A stretch of DNA of 64,000 bases, taken from NCBI GenBank assembly GCA_053919585.1, contig CM132803.1. One strand, given 5' to 3'. Numbering within the stretch: the stretch's first letter is position 1; the number at the start of each line of letters is the position of its first letter. The notes beneath the pieces were generated by a model that saw only the letters and a list, made by a program, of their open reading frames with translations, was not told the DNA's origin and made no database searches. Below, piece after piece: positions 10,875-25,977 of the stretch. Origin of the DNA: Euprymna scolopes. Its lineage: Eukaryota. Both the position numbers and the translations under genes were made by a program.

Positions 10875-13268
10875 ATGTTAACTGCATTTACTTTGATCTT
10901 CCTATTGCATTTGTCTGAGTGCATAGACCTCATATATTATGTTGAGGAAGGGAAGAGTCCTGGCACCTATTTAGGAGATATAGGTATTGATTCGGAAGTG
11001 ATGAAAGACACAGCTCCAGAAGAAAAGAAGAAAATTACTTTTAGTCTACTGCAACAAGGCTTCACTGGTACGTCTCCAATGTTTAGAATTTCAGAAAAAT
11101 CAGGAAAACTCTACACAGCTCAAACTCTAGATGCTGAGACTATTTGTACTTTTAAAAAAGAATGTTTTAAAATGGTTGACATTGCTGTTCAAAAAGCAAC
11201 AACTGTTTTTAAATTGTTAGAAGTGAAAGTGATTATACAAGACATTAATGATCATCAACCTGAATTTCCAGATAAACAAGTTAATATTGAATTTGAAGAA
11301 AATGATGTTCCTGGAACAAAGATATTAATTCCAAATGCAATAGATAGAGATGTTGGCATTCTCAATTCTCAAATAACCTACCACTTAAAAAGAAACAAAG
11401 ACGAACCTTTTTCATTATCAGTTGCAAAAAACGTGGATGGTACATCAAGATTGGATATAAATTTAGAAAGTCAACTTGACAGAGAAGTAAAGGACTCCTA
11501 CAAGATTCAGGTGATTGCAAAAGATGGTGGATCTCCCCCAAAACAAAGTACATTAGATGTTCTTATTACAGTGACAGATGTCAATGATAATGCTCCAATC
11601 TTTACTCAAAATGTTTATAATGTTACTGTTAACAACATGGTTGATACTAATAAAGCTGTGGCAACATTATCGGCAAAAGATTTGGATTCAGGTAAAAATG
11701 GAATGATTTCATATTATTTTAGTAGTAAAACTTCAGATATTGGCAAAAACATTTTTTCAATTAATGAAGATTCTGGAGAAATATTTTTCAATAAAAAGAT
11801 AGAATTCATGCAGCAATCAACATATGAACTATATGTTAAAGCCGAAGATAAAGGTGACCCTCCACTCAGTTCTATTGTAATGGTTGTAGTAAATTTGATT
11901 AATCAGCAGAATAATCCTCCAAGTATTAAAGTAAATTTTGTTTCAACATCAAAGGACAACACAGTTGATATTTCTGAAGACATAAAAGTTGGTAGTTTCA
12001 TTGCATACGTGAAAGTAATTGATACGGATATTGGCAATGATGGAGAGGTTAGTTGTTATCTTTCACATAAAAAATTTCAGCTTCGCAATATGGGCACACA
12101 GAAATATCAAGTTATAGTAAAAGATTATTTAGACAGAGAGAGGAATGACCATCATGATATTATCATCGATTGTAAAGATAAAGGAAATCCTCCATTGAAA
12201 AGTAGAAGTAAATTTTCAGTCCAAGTGATGGATGTGAATGATGAACAGCCACAATTTTCTAAACAATTATTTAAATTCTTCATTGATGAAAACCAGAGAT
12301 CAAAAATTCCTATTGGCACAATCAATGCCACAGATCCAGACTTGGGACTTGGAGGTAAACTGTCTTTTTCTTTAGTGAGCACCAATAAACAATTTGTACC
12401 ATTTCGAATCACTGAAAATGGATTAATCTCTTCAATTATGTCTTTAGACCATGAGTTTCAAGATACTTATAATTTTGAAGTGTTTGTAAAAGACAAAGGA
12501 AGTCCATCATTGAATAACACAGTGAATGTGATTGTTAAGGTGAGAGATGAAAATGATAATGCTCCATATTTCACATTTCCCAGTGTTAATCCTTATAATA
12601 TGGATGTAACATATTACCCGCATCATACAAAGAACATCAGCCAGATAAAGGCATCAGACAGTGACAGTCAAGAGAATGCATTTCTAAAATATGAAATAAT
12701 CAGAGGCAATAGCAAACAGATATTCAGCATCAACCAGTACACTGGTTTGTTATGTTCAACTCATGTCCTAAGCCAACAAGATGCTGGCTCATATGAGCTG
12801 GAGTTTCTAGTGAAGGACAGTGGTAGCCCAGTTCTATCAGCCAGAACTACTGTATATTTGACACTGACCGTAAGCAACAAGACATCAGAAATGTTAAATG
12901 CTGTTAACATCAAAAAAGATAACAAGATCCACCTGACTTCAGCAATTATCATTGTGTCTGTAGCAGTGACAATAGCTGTGATCATTACAGCTTCAATCTC
13001 AGTGTGTATCCTTCGCTGTTGCAATCCTCGAAGTGTTCCAGTAGCAGAAGGTGGATATGTGAGTAGTGGCCAGAGACATTTAATAAGTCCTCCTTACCCA
13101 GCAAATCCTTGGTCTAATGTTGCTCTTCCTACAAGTGATGCAGTTGATATAAGACGAAACAGTCAACCACCAACACCCAGAATGCAAACCCATCCTTACT
13201 CAAGCAATCAGCAAATGCTGTCATCTCAAGCACCAAAATCACAGCCACCACCAGACTCTGTTTCACAG
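10875..13268 (+). CDS. Protocadherin gene 2, large exon
   Basis: Six EC repeats plus TM; acceptor TTTCAG at 10796; ATG 10875 gives a signal peptide like the paralogs (in-frame ATG at 10818 is an alternative); donor CAG|GTAAGT. Confidence 0.93.
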
Positions 13269-14142
13269 GTAAGTTATATTTTTTTTATATGTTTTGTCAA
13301 ACTATCGCATTTCATGAGTGTGGATATAAAGATTCCTATGAAATTTGTTACATTTATTTAATTTGTTAATATTTTTATTGTTTTATAAATATAAATGTTG
13401 ATATATCGTCATTTATGTGCTGAAATTTCAAATGTGTGGAACCAGAAAACAATTCAGATAAACAGCATTTTTTTTATTAAAATCTATTTTTTTAGGTACT
13501 CAACGCCATAATAACCCATAATCTTTCTCCAGTTCCGTGAATACTAGTCCAATTTACATCTAGAATACCATATCCATATGCTTTCAGTATTCTACTAACT
13601 TTTTTTACTTATTTCTTTTTCATGTTGTTTTGATCTTCATTTCATTTCTGTACTTGGTTTCTTCTTTAAATCCACCGTTTGTTTTGCCATTTAATGCATT
13701 TATTGACAACTGTCTTAACAACACTTACTTGAAATTATATTTTTTAATAATTTATACTAACGCATATTATTCACCATGTCAAATATGTTGAATAGAAATA
13801 ATAACTTGAATAATTTATTGTTGAACTCCCAAATGCCCTGTTGCTTTTGTAACATCTTAAATAAATGTTATGCATGATTTGACAACTTAAGTATTGAACT
13901 GAAAGTAAGTTTTTACATGCATGCAGTGCATAATCTTTATAACCTGATTTCTTGATTTGAAAAAAAGTATTACATACAGCAGCTGTGAATTGAGACCTGG
14001 TTGTTGGACATCATATCTAAGAGTTTACCTTCACACCAATATATGACATCTGAGTTGATTATTAATTTTTATTTATAAATATGTATCAATAAATATAGTG
14101 AAGGAAAATTTGCCCACTTGCTATATTGCAGCTACCTTGCCC

Positions 14143-14186
<44 letters not shown>

Positions 14187-17100
14187 TATATTTTTCAGTA
14201 TATTTACTATTTAATTATTAAACCATAATATATATTTTATTAATTCTTGTTTTAATTAAAAGCAAAAGGCTTTTTAAAATTGTTAATGTTTTAATTTTTT
14301 TCCATCTTATAATATGTAGCCTGACCAATACTTTTAATACTAGTAATAAATCTTTAAATTAGTTGACAAACATGTTTACATTTTTCTCTTTTTTAAATTA
14401 TATTGCTTTAAAATTCATCAATTAACTATTTCTTACATAAGAAATACTATATATTTATTCAACATTGTAAAGCATCATTAATTTTTTTTTTTTATTAAAC
14501 TAAAAATATAGATTTTAGAATATTTATTTTTTTAGAAAAAGATTTTTAAATTAATGAATAGAGCAGTCCAAAATTAAATATTGATAGATTTTATATTTGC
14601 ATTATCAATTAAAAACAAAACGATTGTTTTATTTTGATGTTTTAAATTTACCACTGTTGTGCTGTTATTTTAAAGTGTTCTAATACAAATAAAAGCAAAA
14701 AGGTATGATTTTCCTAATTCAGGATAATATTTTACGTTCAATTAAAACCACTCATACAATATAGAACATGGAATGGTTTGTTGTTTACTATGTTAAGCAC
14801 ACACATTTAGTAACAATACTTATACAATTGAACAAATGAAAAAATACTTATCTATATATCACATTACCCTAATGACATACTCTCCGCCCCAGGTAATAAA
14901 AAACAGAAGAGATAAAAATAAAAATTTCTCACTCTCTGTCTGCCTAATATAAGAAAACCTTTTTTAAAAAGATTCAGAAAATCAAATGTTGTCCTTACTA
15001 CATTAGGACAGTGTTCAAAAGTGATTGAACACTTAAAAAAATACCATCCAACTAAAGCCATATATGGAGGAAAAAATTGACCAGAAACTGTATACTCCAT
15101 CCAGGGGGAAACATAATAGATTTATCAGTTTAAAAAAATTCACTCCAACTTTTGCAAAAGACACAGGGTAGAGACGAATTGTTGAACTGTATGGGTAATC
15201 TTGAGGTTTTCAGTTCAATCCTAAGCAAAATTGGAAAAAGGATTTAACACGATAACTGAAAGAATATCAAAAGCCTGGAGAATGGAATACAAACAGTGTA
15301 CCAACACGGCTTTAATAAAAAAAAAAAAATTAATTAAAAAAAAAAAGTTGCATTCAAACTTGCATTTTGATAGCTGTTCAATACAAGGTTGAAACAGGAG
15401 AATAACCAAGATGAGGAAACCAGTCTAAAAATTATAAATAATATCTCATTGGAATTATCTCCCTTTGGCTGTATCAGTTTATATGTCCTATCAGAAGCGG
15501 TGATATTTTTTTATTGATTTAAAGTATTGTGAGGGATTTAGTGAGCAAAAAGTGTGCTCACTTATTTTTACTGATTACTTTTCTCTGTTTTTTTTTTTTG
15601 TTTTTTTTTTTTTTAATTTCTCATCTCTATATTAACTAAGTAATGGTACCAGATTTCATGGGTATATGTGTTTACTCGCAACTACAAGAATTAAATTAAC
15701 ACTTTTTATTTAGTTAGTTTTGATCACATATATATTGAAATAAAAAAATGAAATAGCTAAAAATCAAATGAATTTAAAAAAATTCTATTCAAAGTATAAT
15801 TTAATTACAAAATTAACTAAACAATGCATTCTGGATTGAGAAAGAAGAATGAATTATTTTTTTGCCCTTCGAAATTTGAAAGCATTTAAGCTGGCAAATA
15901 AAAAATCATTTGTTGCTTTAAAATCATTAGTAATTCACTATGTGTTAAAAATTTAAAGTTTTAGAAGACATTTACATCTAATATTTTTTTTAAGTAGAGA
16001 TTAGAACACCTTATAATAATTTGATTCAATTAAAGTATTAATAACCAATGAATACTTTATAACTAAATTAAACTGGAAAATAATAATTTAGAAAAAAGAA
16101 AGGAAAAACAATATAGTTTAAAAAATGTTTAAATGTTAAACAAAAATGAATGCAGAAAGGCACTTGCATTATAAGTATATAAGTACAGTCAGTTTGTAAT
16201 AAAACTACCCATAAAAATAAATACGATAAGTTAAATAATAATTGTAGGGGGAGAGAATTTTCATAATGTGTTGGATGAAAAATCTTGATATTGATGTTTC
16301 TACACATCATTTTTCACTGAAAGTTGCTTCTTGATTATTATCTTTTCTTTTAGTGTATACTGAACAATGTAACATATTAATGATACAAAGCTCAACGTCT
16401 TTCACTTTTAAGGGAAACTTATGACATGTAAAATTTAAAATGAAACTAAAAGTATTTTTCATGAAGCCTTTTTTTTTTTTTTTGAGAAACAAAAATAGTT
16501 TTCTGAAATAAGAGCATCTCTATATTGTTAATCAGCTGTTTATTTTCCAATAGAATCTTTTGAACAAATTCTTGACATTTTCTCTGTGATATATTGCCAA
16601 TTAATTTTTCCTCACTTAAGTTGATTTAACTTATTTTATTGTCTTAGAAGTTTGAAGAACAAAATATACTTTAGCAGGTGCCAATAAATAATTATGATAA
16701 TTCTAATAAAAGTTAATATATTTTTTTATTGATTAATAATCTTTTAGGAATCCTTTATATTTTTTCTGATGCTTTTAAAGATGTTTTTATATAAATATGA
16801 GAAAATATTTCAATGGATATATAAATAATGTCAATGATTCTTTTTGAAAATTTATAAAATTTTCTTTTCAAATGTGTTCATCAGTTAATGTGTGACTTTT
16901 CAGTTTGAAATAAAATTTCAATCACTGAACACAAAGAATGAATAAGTACCTTATATAGAGATTTTTGGATGCATCTAAAAATGAAAGGATCAGTCAGTTT
17001 GTTAGATTTACATTCGAAATAGTTTATGTTGGTCTGTCACACTTTATTTTGAAATAACATTCATGTTAGTTTGTCACACGCTTAAATTTAAAATAGCAAT

Positions 17101-17274
17101 TTTGTCAGTTTGTCAGGGTTAAGTTTAAAAAAGCATCTTTACATGCATCCACGCATTTCTTAAGAGGCTTTGTCCATCAATTGTCAATTACTTTGTCATG
17201 CTTTTGTTTGAAACATTAAATGAGATGATTGAATGAATGTGTCTTAAGGATATCTGTTCTTGTTCTTGTAACAG

Positions 17275-17431
17275 ATGTATATTCAAGACATTGCATTACC
17301 ATCAGGTACTGATAGAACCAAGAAAATAAGTGCCAAGGAATATTCCAGCCGGGGTTCCTTAAAATCATCTCATAAGGATAACAGACAAGTTTGGAATGAA
17401 CGAGATGCAAGGCAGACAGAAGACATGGCAG
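17275..17431 (+). CDS. Protocadherin gene 2, cytoplasmic exon A
   Basis: ACAG|ATGTATATTCAAGAC, donor GCAG|GTAAT, 157 nt, phase 0/1. Confidence 0.9.
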
Positions 17432-18213
17432 GTAATTTTTTTTTTTTCAAATCTATTTTTTTATTCAATTATTTTTCTTGTATTAGCAGTTAAATTCATA
17501 AAATTATTTATTAGCGTTTTTCACAGAATATCTCATTAAAATTATCTCCCTTTTGCTGTGCTGGTTTATGTACTGTCACAAACTATATCAGAAAAAGTTG
17601 ATATTTTTGCTGATTTGAATTAGAATGTGAGAAAATGATATTGTTTAAAAAAAAGTGTTTATTAAATTTGAAAAGTATAGAAAAGATGATTTCTCATCTC
17701 CTCTTTTTATTGTATTTTCCTCAGTTTTATTCACACATGTGCACAAAACTGTTATATATATAAATTGCTATTTCTTTTTATTGCATCTTGAAATCATCAT
17801 ATACACAAACAAAATACTAATATTTCATAACAGTTTGATTTATGAAGGCTATAGAAATCGAAAAATTAAAAATAAATTCATATTAATGCTATTTATTTTG
17901 TATCAAAAATTCAGTTATTCTGTATACAAATGAAATCAAAATGAACAAGTTAAAAACAAAATCTTGATAATCAACTGTAGATTTGTTTACTAAGCAACTC
18001 ATGTTGATTTAGAGAAAAGTATAAGATTATATTTTTATGCAACTTAAATATTTACACCATTTATTTTATTACAAGTCTCTGTACATGAATGCATATATGT
18101 ATTTATATCTATATGTTAAGTATTACTTGCAGGAAAAAAAATAACCATTTCTTTGTTTTATTCTCTTAACAATAATATTATTTGATTGCTTATTTTATTT
18201 TCTGATTTGTCAG

Positions 18214-18503
18214 ATATATATCCTTCACAATATTGCAATCCTCCTCCATCACACGATGACCATCAGCGATCAACAGAGATACGGTCTTTGGGACAAACTG
18301 TCAGTTATCCCAGTGATACCACAATAGTAGCCAGAGGCTTTTATACCCCTTACATGAATGAACATAGCCCACACACAGAAACAAAGGCTTTCTCAAGTGC
18401 TGAAAATAGAAGCTCTTCCAGTAGACTTTCACAATCAAGAAATGTGCCTACAAGTGGAAGCCAGTCTTCCATCAACAGACCATTGCCTCCTGTACCTCAT
18501 TAA
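18214..18503 (+). CDS. Protocadherin gene 2, terminal exon B
   Basis: CAG acceptor; DIYPSQYCNPPP...RPLPPVPH*. Confidence 0.9.
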
Positions 18504-19249
18504 TTATATTCTGCTCATACTAATCTACTTTTTAGTTAGAATTTAGTCATTTCAACTAGATTTTAAAAATGTGTTAGTTATAATTATAACCATTATATCA
18601 ATAATTGCTTGTTTTAAAATACTAATTTACACACTATAATTAAGATAATCATTTAAAATATTTCCCAAAATATATGAAAAAGAAACTGTCAGTTGTTTAA
18701 TACTTATTATTTTTTTTTTTTTTTACTGCTTATTTTTTGTTAGAACATAATTTAGTAAAGTCGCATTTATTTTCAAATGAAGAAGATTTACTTAAATGAA
18801 AGATTTACTTCAGAAAATAAGCAGTCATAAATCTAATTTTTAAACTATATTCGTAATAATTTTGTTATTTCACAATATTTTTGTGCTTAATTTTATAATT
18901 TCAGCATATTTCCATATTAATTCAATCTTTTTTATCATTGGAAAATAAAATCTAGAAAGAAAAGAATAGGTTTAAAATTAGATGCTTACATGACATACAA
19001 TAATGATGATAATAGTTGAAGCAAAAATGGAAAGAAGAAAGAAGACTTAAGGGACAAATAGCTTCGTTTGCATATTGCATTTTGGGAGTTTATTATTCCG
19101 TTAGTTATCAGTTGAACGTTTTTTTTTTTAAATATATTTTATAGTTTTATTTACTTTTAAAAAATTTAATTTTACTGTCTTTATTAAAAAATAAGTTAGT
19201 ATTAAATTTCAGTTTTTAATATGTTCGTCTTTAATAAAGAAAGAATGTA

Positions 19250-19373
19250 GCAGCCATGACACAGGCAGCATACTATATAGGATAGTTCGTTTTTACATAA
19301 AGTGTAAGAGACACACTATGAGGAAAAATACTGCATTTGATATAACTGAAATTGATGAACAGTTTTAACAAAG
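19250..19373 (+). promoter_or_regulatory. Gene 3 conserved upstream motif and putative non-coding first exon
   Basis: AGCCAT 19252-19257, TAGGA 19278-19282, donor AACAAAG|GTAAGT at 19373/19374. Confidence 0.7.
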
Positions 19374-20190
19374 GTAAGTTGATATTCAAGTATTTATTTT
19401 CTTTATTTAATAGAGTTAATGCGATAAGAGATGGGAGTGGGATGTGTTAGAATACTGTTAGCTTTTTTGAGGATATGATAAGGAAATGAACTTATATTTT
19501 CTTTTGATGAATTATTCTGAAATAGAAAACCATCTTTAGTATGAATGTTAGTGTTCTCTAAAATAAACACCTTTTTCAACTGTTTTAATATTTTTAACAA
19601 ATAAAAAGGTAAGTAAATATAATTAATTACTGCTATTTTTAATTCATATATCTTTTGTAAACAATTATAACTTTAAAATTTATACTATGTGAAAATATAC
19701 AGAAAATCCGGAATAATGACATGTTATCATTACAAAATATGGATATATATGTGTGTGTCTGAGTGTTTGTATGTGTAAAACAAATTGCTATCTTACTAAA
19801 TAAAATGATCATTATTATTAGAAATTCATTATTACATTCATGAGAATATACTGTAATAATTTAAATATTTATTTTATTTATTACCCATTTCTATCTCATT
19901 TTTATTATTTGTAAAAATTGAACGTAGTTGTGACTTTTAAAGTTGGATTTTTATATAGATAAAAAATTAATCTTAATTTATGATAATAATCATTGATTTT
20001 AATTCCATGTTATAAAAGATATCATATATTAATTCTGTTATGGTAATAATATAATTTCAATTATATACATTTTCATTTTATCTGTTTTATTTACTTAATT
20101 TTCCCTTCTAATATATTAATTTTAATTATTTTTTTTATTTTAATTTCAGAAATTAACAGCATATTTCAGATTATTTCATCATTTTAAAAG

Positions 20191-22581
20191 ATGATAGTCA
20201 AAATTTGTATCATTTTATCTTTTGTAAATATTTGTTTGTGTGTGGACCTCACTTACTATGTGGAAGAAGGAAAAAATTCTGGTAATTACCTGGGAGATGT
20301 TGCTGCTGACTCTCTTGTGATGAAGGACATATCATCTCAAAATTATCACCAAATTAGTTTTAGTCTTTTACAAAAAGGTGCAACTGGCAGTTCACCATTA
20401 TTCCGAATTTCTGAAAAATCTGGCAAACTGTACACTGCCCAAACATTAGATGCTGAATCACTTTGCTTTTTCAATAAGGAATGCTTTCAGATGGTTGATG
20501 TGGCAGTCAGGAAAGAAACAGCTGTTTTCAAATTGTTAGAAATTAAAGTCATCATTAAAGATATCAATGATCATCAGCCTGAATTTCCTGAGAAAAAGGT
20601 TGACATAAAATTTGATGAAGGCTACAAAAAAGATGCCAAAGTATTAATACCTAGTGCTTTTGACAAAGATGTTGGGATTATTAATTCTAAGATAACATAC
20701 GAGCTTGAAAAACAAAGCAATGAACCTTTTTCTTTGTTTGTATCTAAAAGTGTTGATGGTTCTTTAAGATTGAGTATCAATTTAGAAGGCCCTCTTGACA
20801 GAGAAATCAAAGATAATTACATGATCAAAGTCATTGCTAAAGATGGAGGCTTACCAACAAAACAAAGTGCTTTAAATGTTCACATCACAGTAACAGATGA
20901 TAATGATAATTTCCCAATTTTCTCACAGAAAGTTTACAATGTCTCAATCCAACATAATCATGAAGAAGTAAAACCTGTTACTGTATTGTCTGCTACAGAT
21001 TTGGATTTGGGAAAAAATGGAAAAATTTTATATCACATCAGTGTGAAAACAAATGAAATGACAAGAAATGCCTTTAAATTGAATGAAAAAACTGGAGAAA
21101 TATTCCTTAAAAAGAAAATCACTTTGAGAAAAGATATAATGTATGAATTATATGTTGAAGCATCGGATGAAGGTAGTCCACCATTAAGTTCATTATCAAT
21201 GGTTTTAATAAATGTGATAAATGAACAAAATAATGCTCCAATTATTGATGTAAACTTCTTCTCAACATCAAAGGAAAATACAGTTGATGTTTCTGAAAAT
21301 ATAAAAGTTGGTAGTTTCATTGCTTATGTGAAAGTAAATGATGAGGATGCTGGTCAGAATGGAGAGGTGAACTGTGAAATAAAACATGATAAATTTCAAT
21401 TGCAAAACATGGGAACCAAGAAATACCAAGTGATAGTGAAAACTCTTTTAGACAGGGAAACTGAAGATCATCACAGTATAATTATCAAATGTCAAGACAA
21501 AGGATCTCCTCCTCTTCAAAGCAAAAGGACATTTTCTGTACATGTGATTGATGTTAATGATGTAGAACCAGTGTTTTCTAAACAATTATTTAAATTCTTC
21601 ATTGATGAAAACCAGAGATCGAAAATTCCTATTGGCACAATCAATGCCACAGATCCAGACTTGGGACTTGGAGGTAAACTGTCTTTTTCTTTAGTGAGCA
21701 CCAATAAACAATTTGTACCATTTCGAATCACTGAAAATGGATTAATCTCTTCAATTATGTCTTTAGACCATGAGTTTCAAGATACTTATAATTTTGAAGT
21801 GTTTGTAAAAGACAAAGGAAGTCCATCATTGAATAACACTGTGAATGTGATTATTAAGGTGAGAGATGAAAATGATAATGCTCCATATTTCACATTTCCC
21901 AGTGTTAATCCTTATAATATGGATGTAACATATTACCCGCATCATACAAAGAACATCAGCCAGATAAAGGCATCAGACAGTGACAGTCAAGAGAATGCAT
22001 TTCTAAAATATGAAATAATCAGAGGCAATAGCAAACAGATATTCAGCATCAATCAGTACACTGGTTTGTTATGTTCAACTCATGTCCTAAGCCAACAAGA
22101 TGCTGGCTCATATGAGCTGGAGTTTCTAGTGAAGGACAGTGGTAGTCCAGTTCTATCAGCGAGAACTACTGTATATTTGACACTGACCGTAAGCAACAAG
22201 ACATCAGACATGTTAAATGCTGTTAACATCAAAAAAGATAACAAGATCCACCTGACTTCAGCAATTATCATTGTGTCTGTAGCAGTGACAATAGCTGTGA
22301 TCATTACAGCTTCAATCTCAGTGTGTATTCTTCGCTGTTGCAATCCTCGAAGTGTTCCAGTAGCAGAAGGCGGATATGTGAGTAGTGGTCAGAGACATTT
22401 AATAAGTCCTCCTTACCCAGCAAATCCTTGGTCTAATGTTGCTCTTCCTACAAATGATGCAGTTGATATGAGAAGAAGCAGTCAACCACCAACACCCAGA
22501 ATGCAAACACATCCTTACGCTCAACAAATGTTACCATCTCAAGCCTCAAAACTACAACCGCCTGCAGACTCTGTTTCACAG
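20191..22581 (+). CDS. Protocadherin gene 3, large exon
   Basis: Signal peptide, six EC repeats, TM; donor CAG|GTAAGT. Confidence 0.95.
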
Positions 22582-22814
22582 GTAAGTGAAATATTTCATA
22601 ATATTGCACATTGATTTGCATTTTTTGATTAGTACGGTTTTGTAAATGATTTTTATTCAAATGTATTTTATTTAAAATTTTAAAATTTTTCTAATATTTA
22701 AAAAAATTTTTTAGCTTATTTTTCAATTTTGACTTTATATTATGTTTTTCTCATTACATATACACATGATTTACCTTTGATTGTTATTTATTCATGCTTT
22801 ACTATTCTATTTAG

Positions 22815-22974
22815 ATGTATATTCAAGATGTGGCATTGCCATCTGGTGTTGACAGGAATCAGAAAAAAAATGGCAGAATGCAAAACTATTCCAATAAAAA
22901 TTCTATAAAATCTCACAATAATGACAGACAAGATTGGAATGATAGAAACACAAGACCATTAGAAGGGATAACAG
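22815..22974 (+). CDS. Protocadherin gene 3, cytoplasmic exon A
   Basis: TTTAG|ATGTATATTCAAG, donor ACAG|GTGAGT, 160 nt. Confidence 0.9.
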
Positions 22975-25900
22975 GTGAGTCTTTAAAGTTGTTTCTATAT
23001 ATTCTAAATTTTTACATCAAATATTTAGCCTTGTTTTGTTGAATTTTTGATACTTATAATAAATACAACATTGAATATATTTAATTTATTCTTTAAGGAT
23101 TAATTGAAATACTTGATCTTACAACGAAATAATTATTATGATAGAATCTTCTAGTCTCTATAATTGTGATTTAAACCCTATTTTATATTTCAATTTAATT
23201 TAACACTTTTAAAATAATGCATTTCTATTTATTGGAAATTAATAGAAAAGTTTGGATCTTTTTGTCTAATTTCTATACAGTAAACACATTGCATTTTCCT
23301 GGTGTTTCTTGAGTAGAGACATGTTACTTGATATTGGATCTAGAAAAATTAGTTAAAAATATAGTCATTTTTTAAATAGAGTTTTTAAACAATCATTTTA
23401 GTTTTTATTTATTTTGTTTTTGGATTTAAATAATTTTTTGACTAATCATAAATAATAGAATAATTAAATATTATTTATCGAAGTCACGCAGGCAAAAACA
23501 GATCTTATTTTATATTTTTTATTAATATTGAGATTATTCCTGTTCATCAATGATAGTAAAATATTTAAATGATTATAAAGAGATTTTTCACATCTGACAA
23601 ATGTGTGTATATGCTGAGACAGTAAAGTATAGATACTGTTATAATTCCATGGAACGCTTTATAGTAACAAGACTTGTTTAACTTTGTCCTTGTAAGGAGA
23701 CATGCAATAGGGCTTTACATGAACAACTGTTCTAAGGGGAATAAGTAGGCATTCCTTGCAATAAAATGGATAGAAAACCACGAGGAAAGCTAAATCAACA
23801 AATAGCAAGCATTTATTATGCCAAAAATACAATTATAATGTCTAAATCACTTTTTGTCAGAATGAGCCAGAATTAAATTGAATTGCTGATCGAATTTCGA
23901 AGATAAAAGTTCACGAAATTAATATAAACGATCCTTTACAACGAAAATTAGAATATTAAATTAAGAGTTATTATGATCATTGATTATTTAAAATTGGAAT
24001 ATTAAAGTTTATTTTAACCATTTGGAAATTATCATTACTATTTATTTATTAAATTTTGGTTTTAAAAGGGTATAAAACATGGAATTTATGCCAGTAGAAA
24101 AAGTCTTTTTCACTTCATTGCTGTTTTAGTTTCGACACATATCTTAAGATCATTAACTGAATTTACAGCTGATAAAATGTGATATTTACTTGCACCCTTT
24201 TTGTTTAAAGTAGTAAATCTTCTTTTCCATCATATATAATTTCTGTATCATTTGGGTCTCTTTACTCTGACTCCTTTAAAATCATTAGCTAAATTTACAA
24301 TCGATAAAATTGTTCAACGCTTCTGGTGGAAGGTATGGCATGAGTTTGTTCAACCATTTTGGTGAATGGGGTAATATTTTTGTTGATTTTGATGTGTATT
24401 CATAACAATTTCCCTCCAATGTGTTGGCATGAGTTTCTTGTCCTCGTACATGGCAGAGGCAACCTTTTTTAAGATATTCTCACATGCATAGGATCTCCAA
24501 GGAAACTTCTTTTAAGTATCACAATCAACTTTCTGTCATTTGATTATCTAGTCCATCTCTTACTTCTCAAAAATGTATAGCTGGCTTTTTGAGTTGCCTT
24601 CCCCTCCTATTTGGAAAATTTAGCTCTTATATTTGAACTGTCAGTTTGTCACATATTTTAATCTTAACAGAAGGAAACATGCGTTACCCCCCTCCCTATT
24701 ATAATGTTTACATTTGTAGGGCAAAATATGTGAATATAACAATACAGAGCAAAGATAATTTCAAATAATATTTTAAAAGTGTATGAAGAACTTTATTGAA
24801 TGTTATTTTCATATTTTGAGGGTTGGTTTTATTTGTTTCAGATGTTTTATAAGAACCCTAAAGACTTTATTTCTAAATTCAGGTTTTTAAATATTAAAAT
24901 ATGGATTTTAAGTTTCCACTAATATTCATTCCTTTTTTAAGACTGTAAATTATTGTTCCAGTCCTCATAAGTTGACATTTTTAATAACATTTCTATTTGG
25001 ATCTTATCAATTATTTTTTTTTTTTACTTGTAGCGATCATGTTAACTTTAGCTTTTAGCAGATGAAAACAGATATTTCTGATTTGCCTTGTACTATTAGT
25101 TTTAATTTGAGAAAGTGTTAGAAACATTTTTTTATAAGATATTAATTTAGAAATGATCACTACTATTGTGACTAAAAGTCTTGTTAAATTTGAAATGTAG
25201 AATAGTTTGACTTCATTTTAATGTCGGAAGTGCAATACTTTATCTTGAAATAGAATGTAACATTTTTCTATGAATAGAAATTGTTTTTTTTAACTTTATT
25301 TCTTTATTCTACATCTTTTTGTTGTAAATATTATTTTCGTTTAAGTTATTGAAATTAGTAGTTAATATATAAATATGTTATTCAGATAAGCTGCATAAGA
25401 TCTCATAAGCTGATTGATTAATGTTTGATAATCTTTTTTCTTTAATTTTTTTTTATTGCCAATTCACTCCAAATAAGGCACAGAGCCACTTAGTTGTGGA
25501 GGGCTACTATTTGGGACCAGATTTACAGGGATACTATTTAGGGAGTTGAGCAGTGAGATATTTGTTTACAATACACTTGAATTTCTGCTTGTTAGTAGAG
25601 TCAGGAAAGCAGGGGTTCAGGAGGGAATTCCAAAGTGCAGTAGTCCAAGGAAAAAAGCTATTCAATTAGAAGGTTTTACAGCATCAACGGACTTCTACAA
25701 TGTAGGGGTGGGATTTTGCTGCCTGTCAGGTTTGTTGAAGGTATTGTCGTTGAGGGGGTACTAGTGCTTTGAGTTTGTCAGAGCACTTGCCATTGAAATA
25801 CTTGTAAAAGATGCCATGTTTCAGCGATGGGACAGAGGTTGGAGTTTAGTTGATAGTTCAGGACCTATTAGATTAGCGACTCTTTTTTGAACCCTGTCAA

Positions 25901-25977
25901 GGAGTGAGAGACTAGTGGCAGATTCCCGAGCCCAAATGTGGCAACAATACTCCATGCATAGGCGAACTGTGGCCTTG

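Noticed and set aside
23640-24620. Possible transposon relics here and at ~13490-13600 and ~14860-15420
   Set aside because: Composition suggests decayed repeats, but no diagnostic motif or termini could be confirmed.
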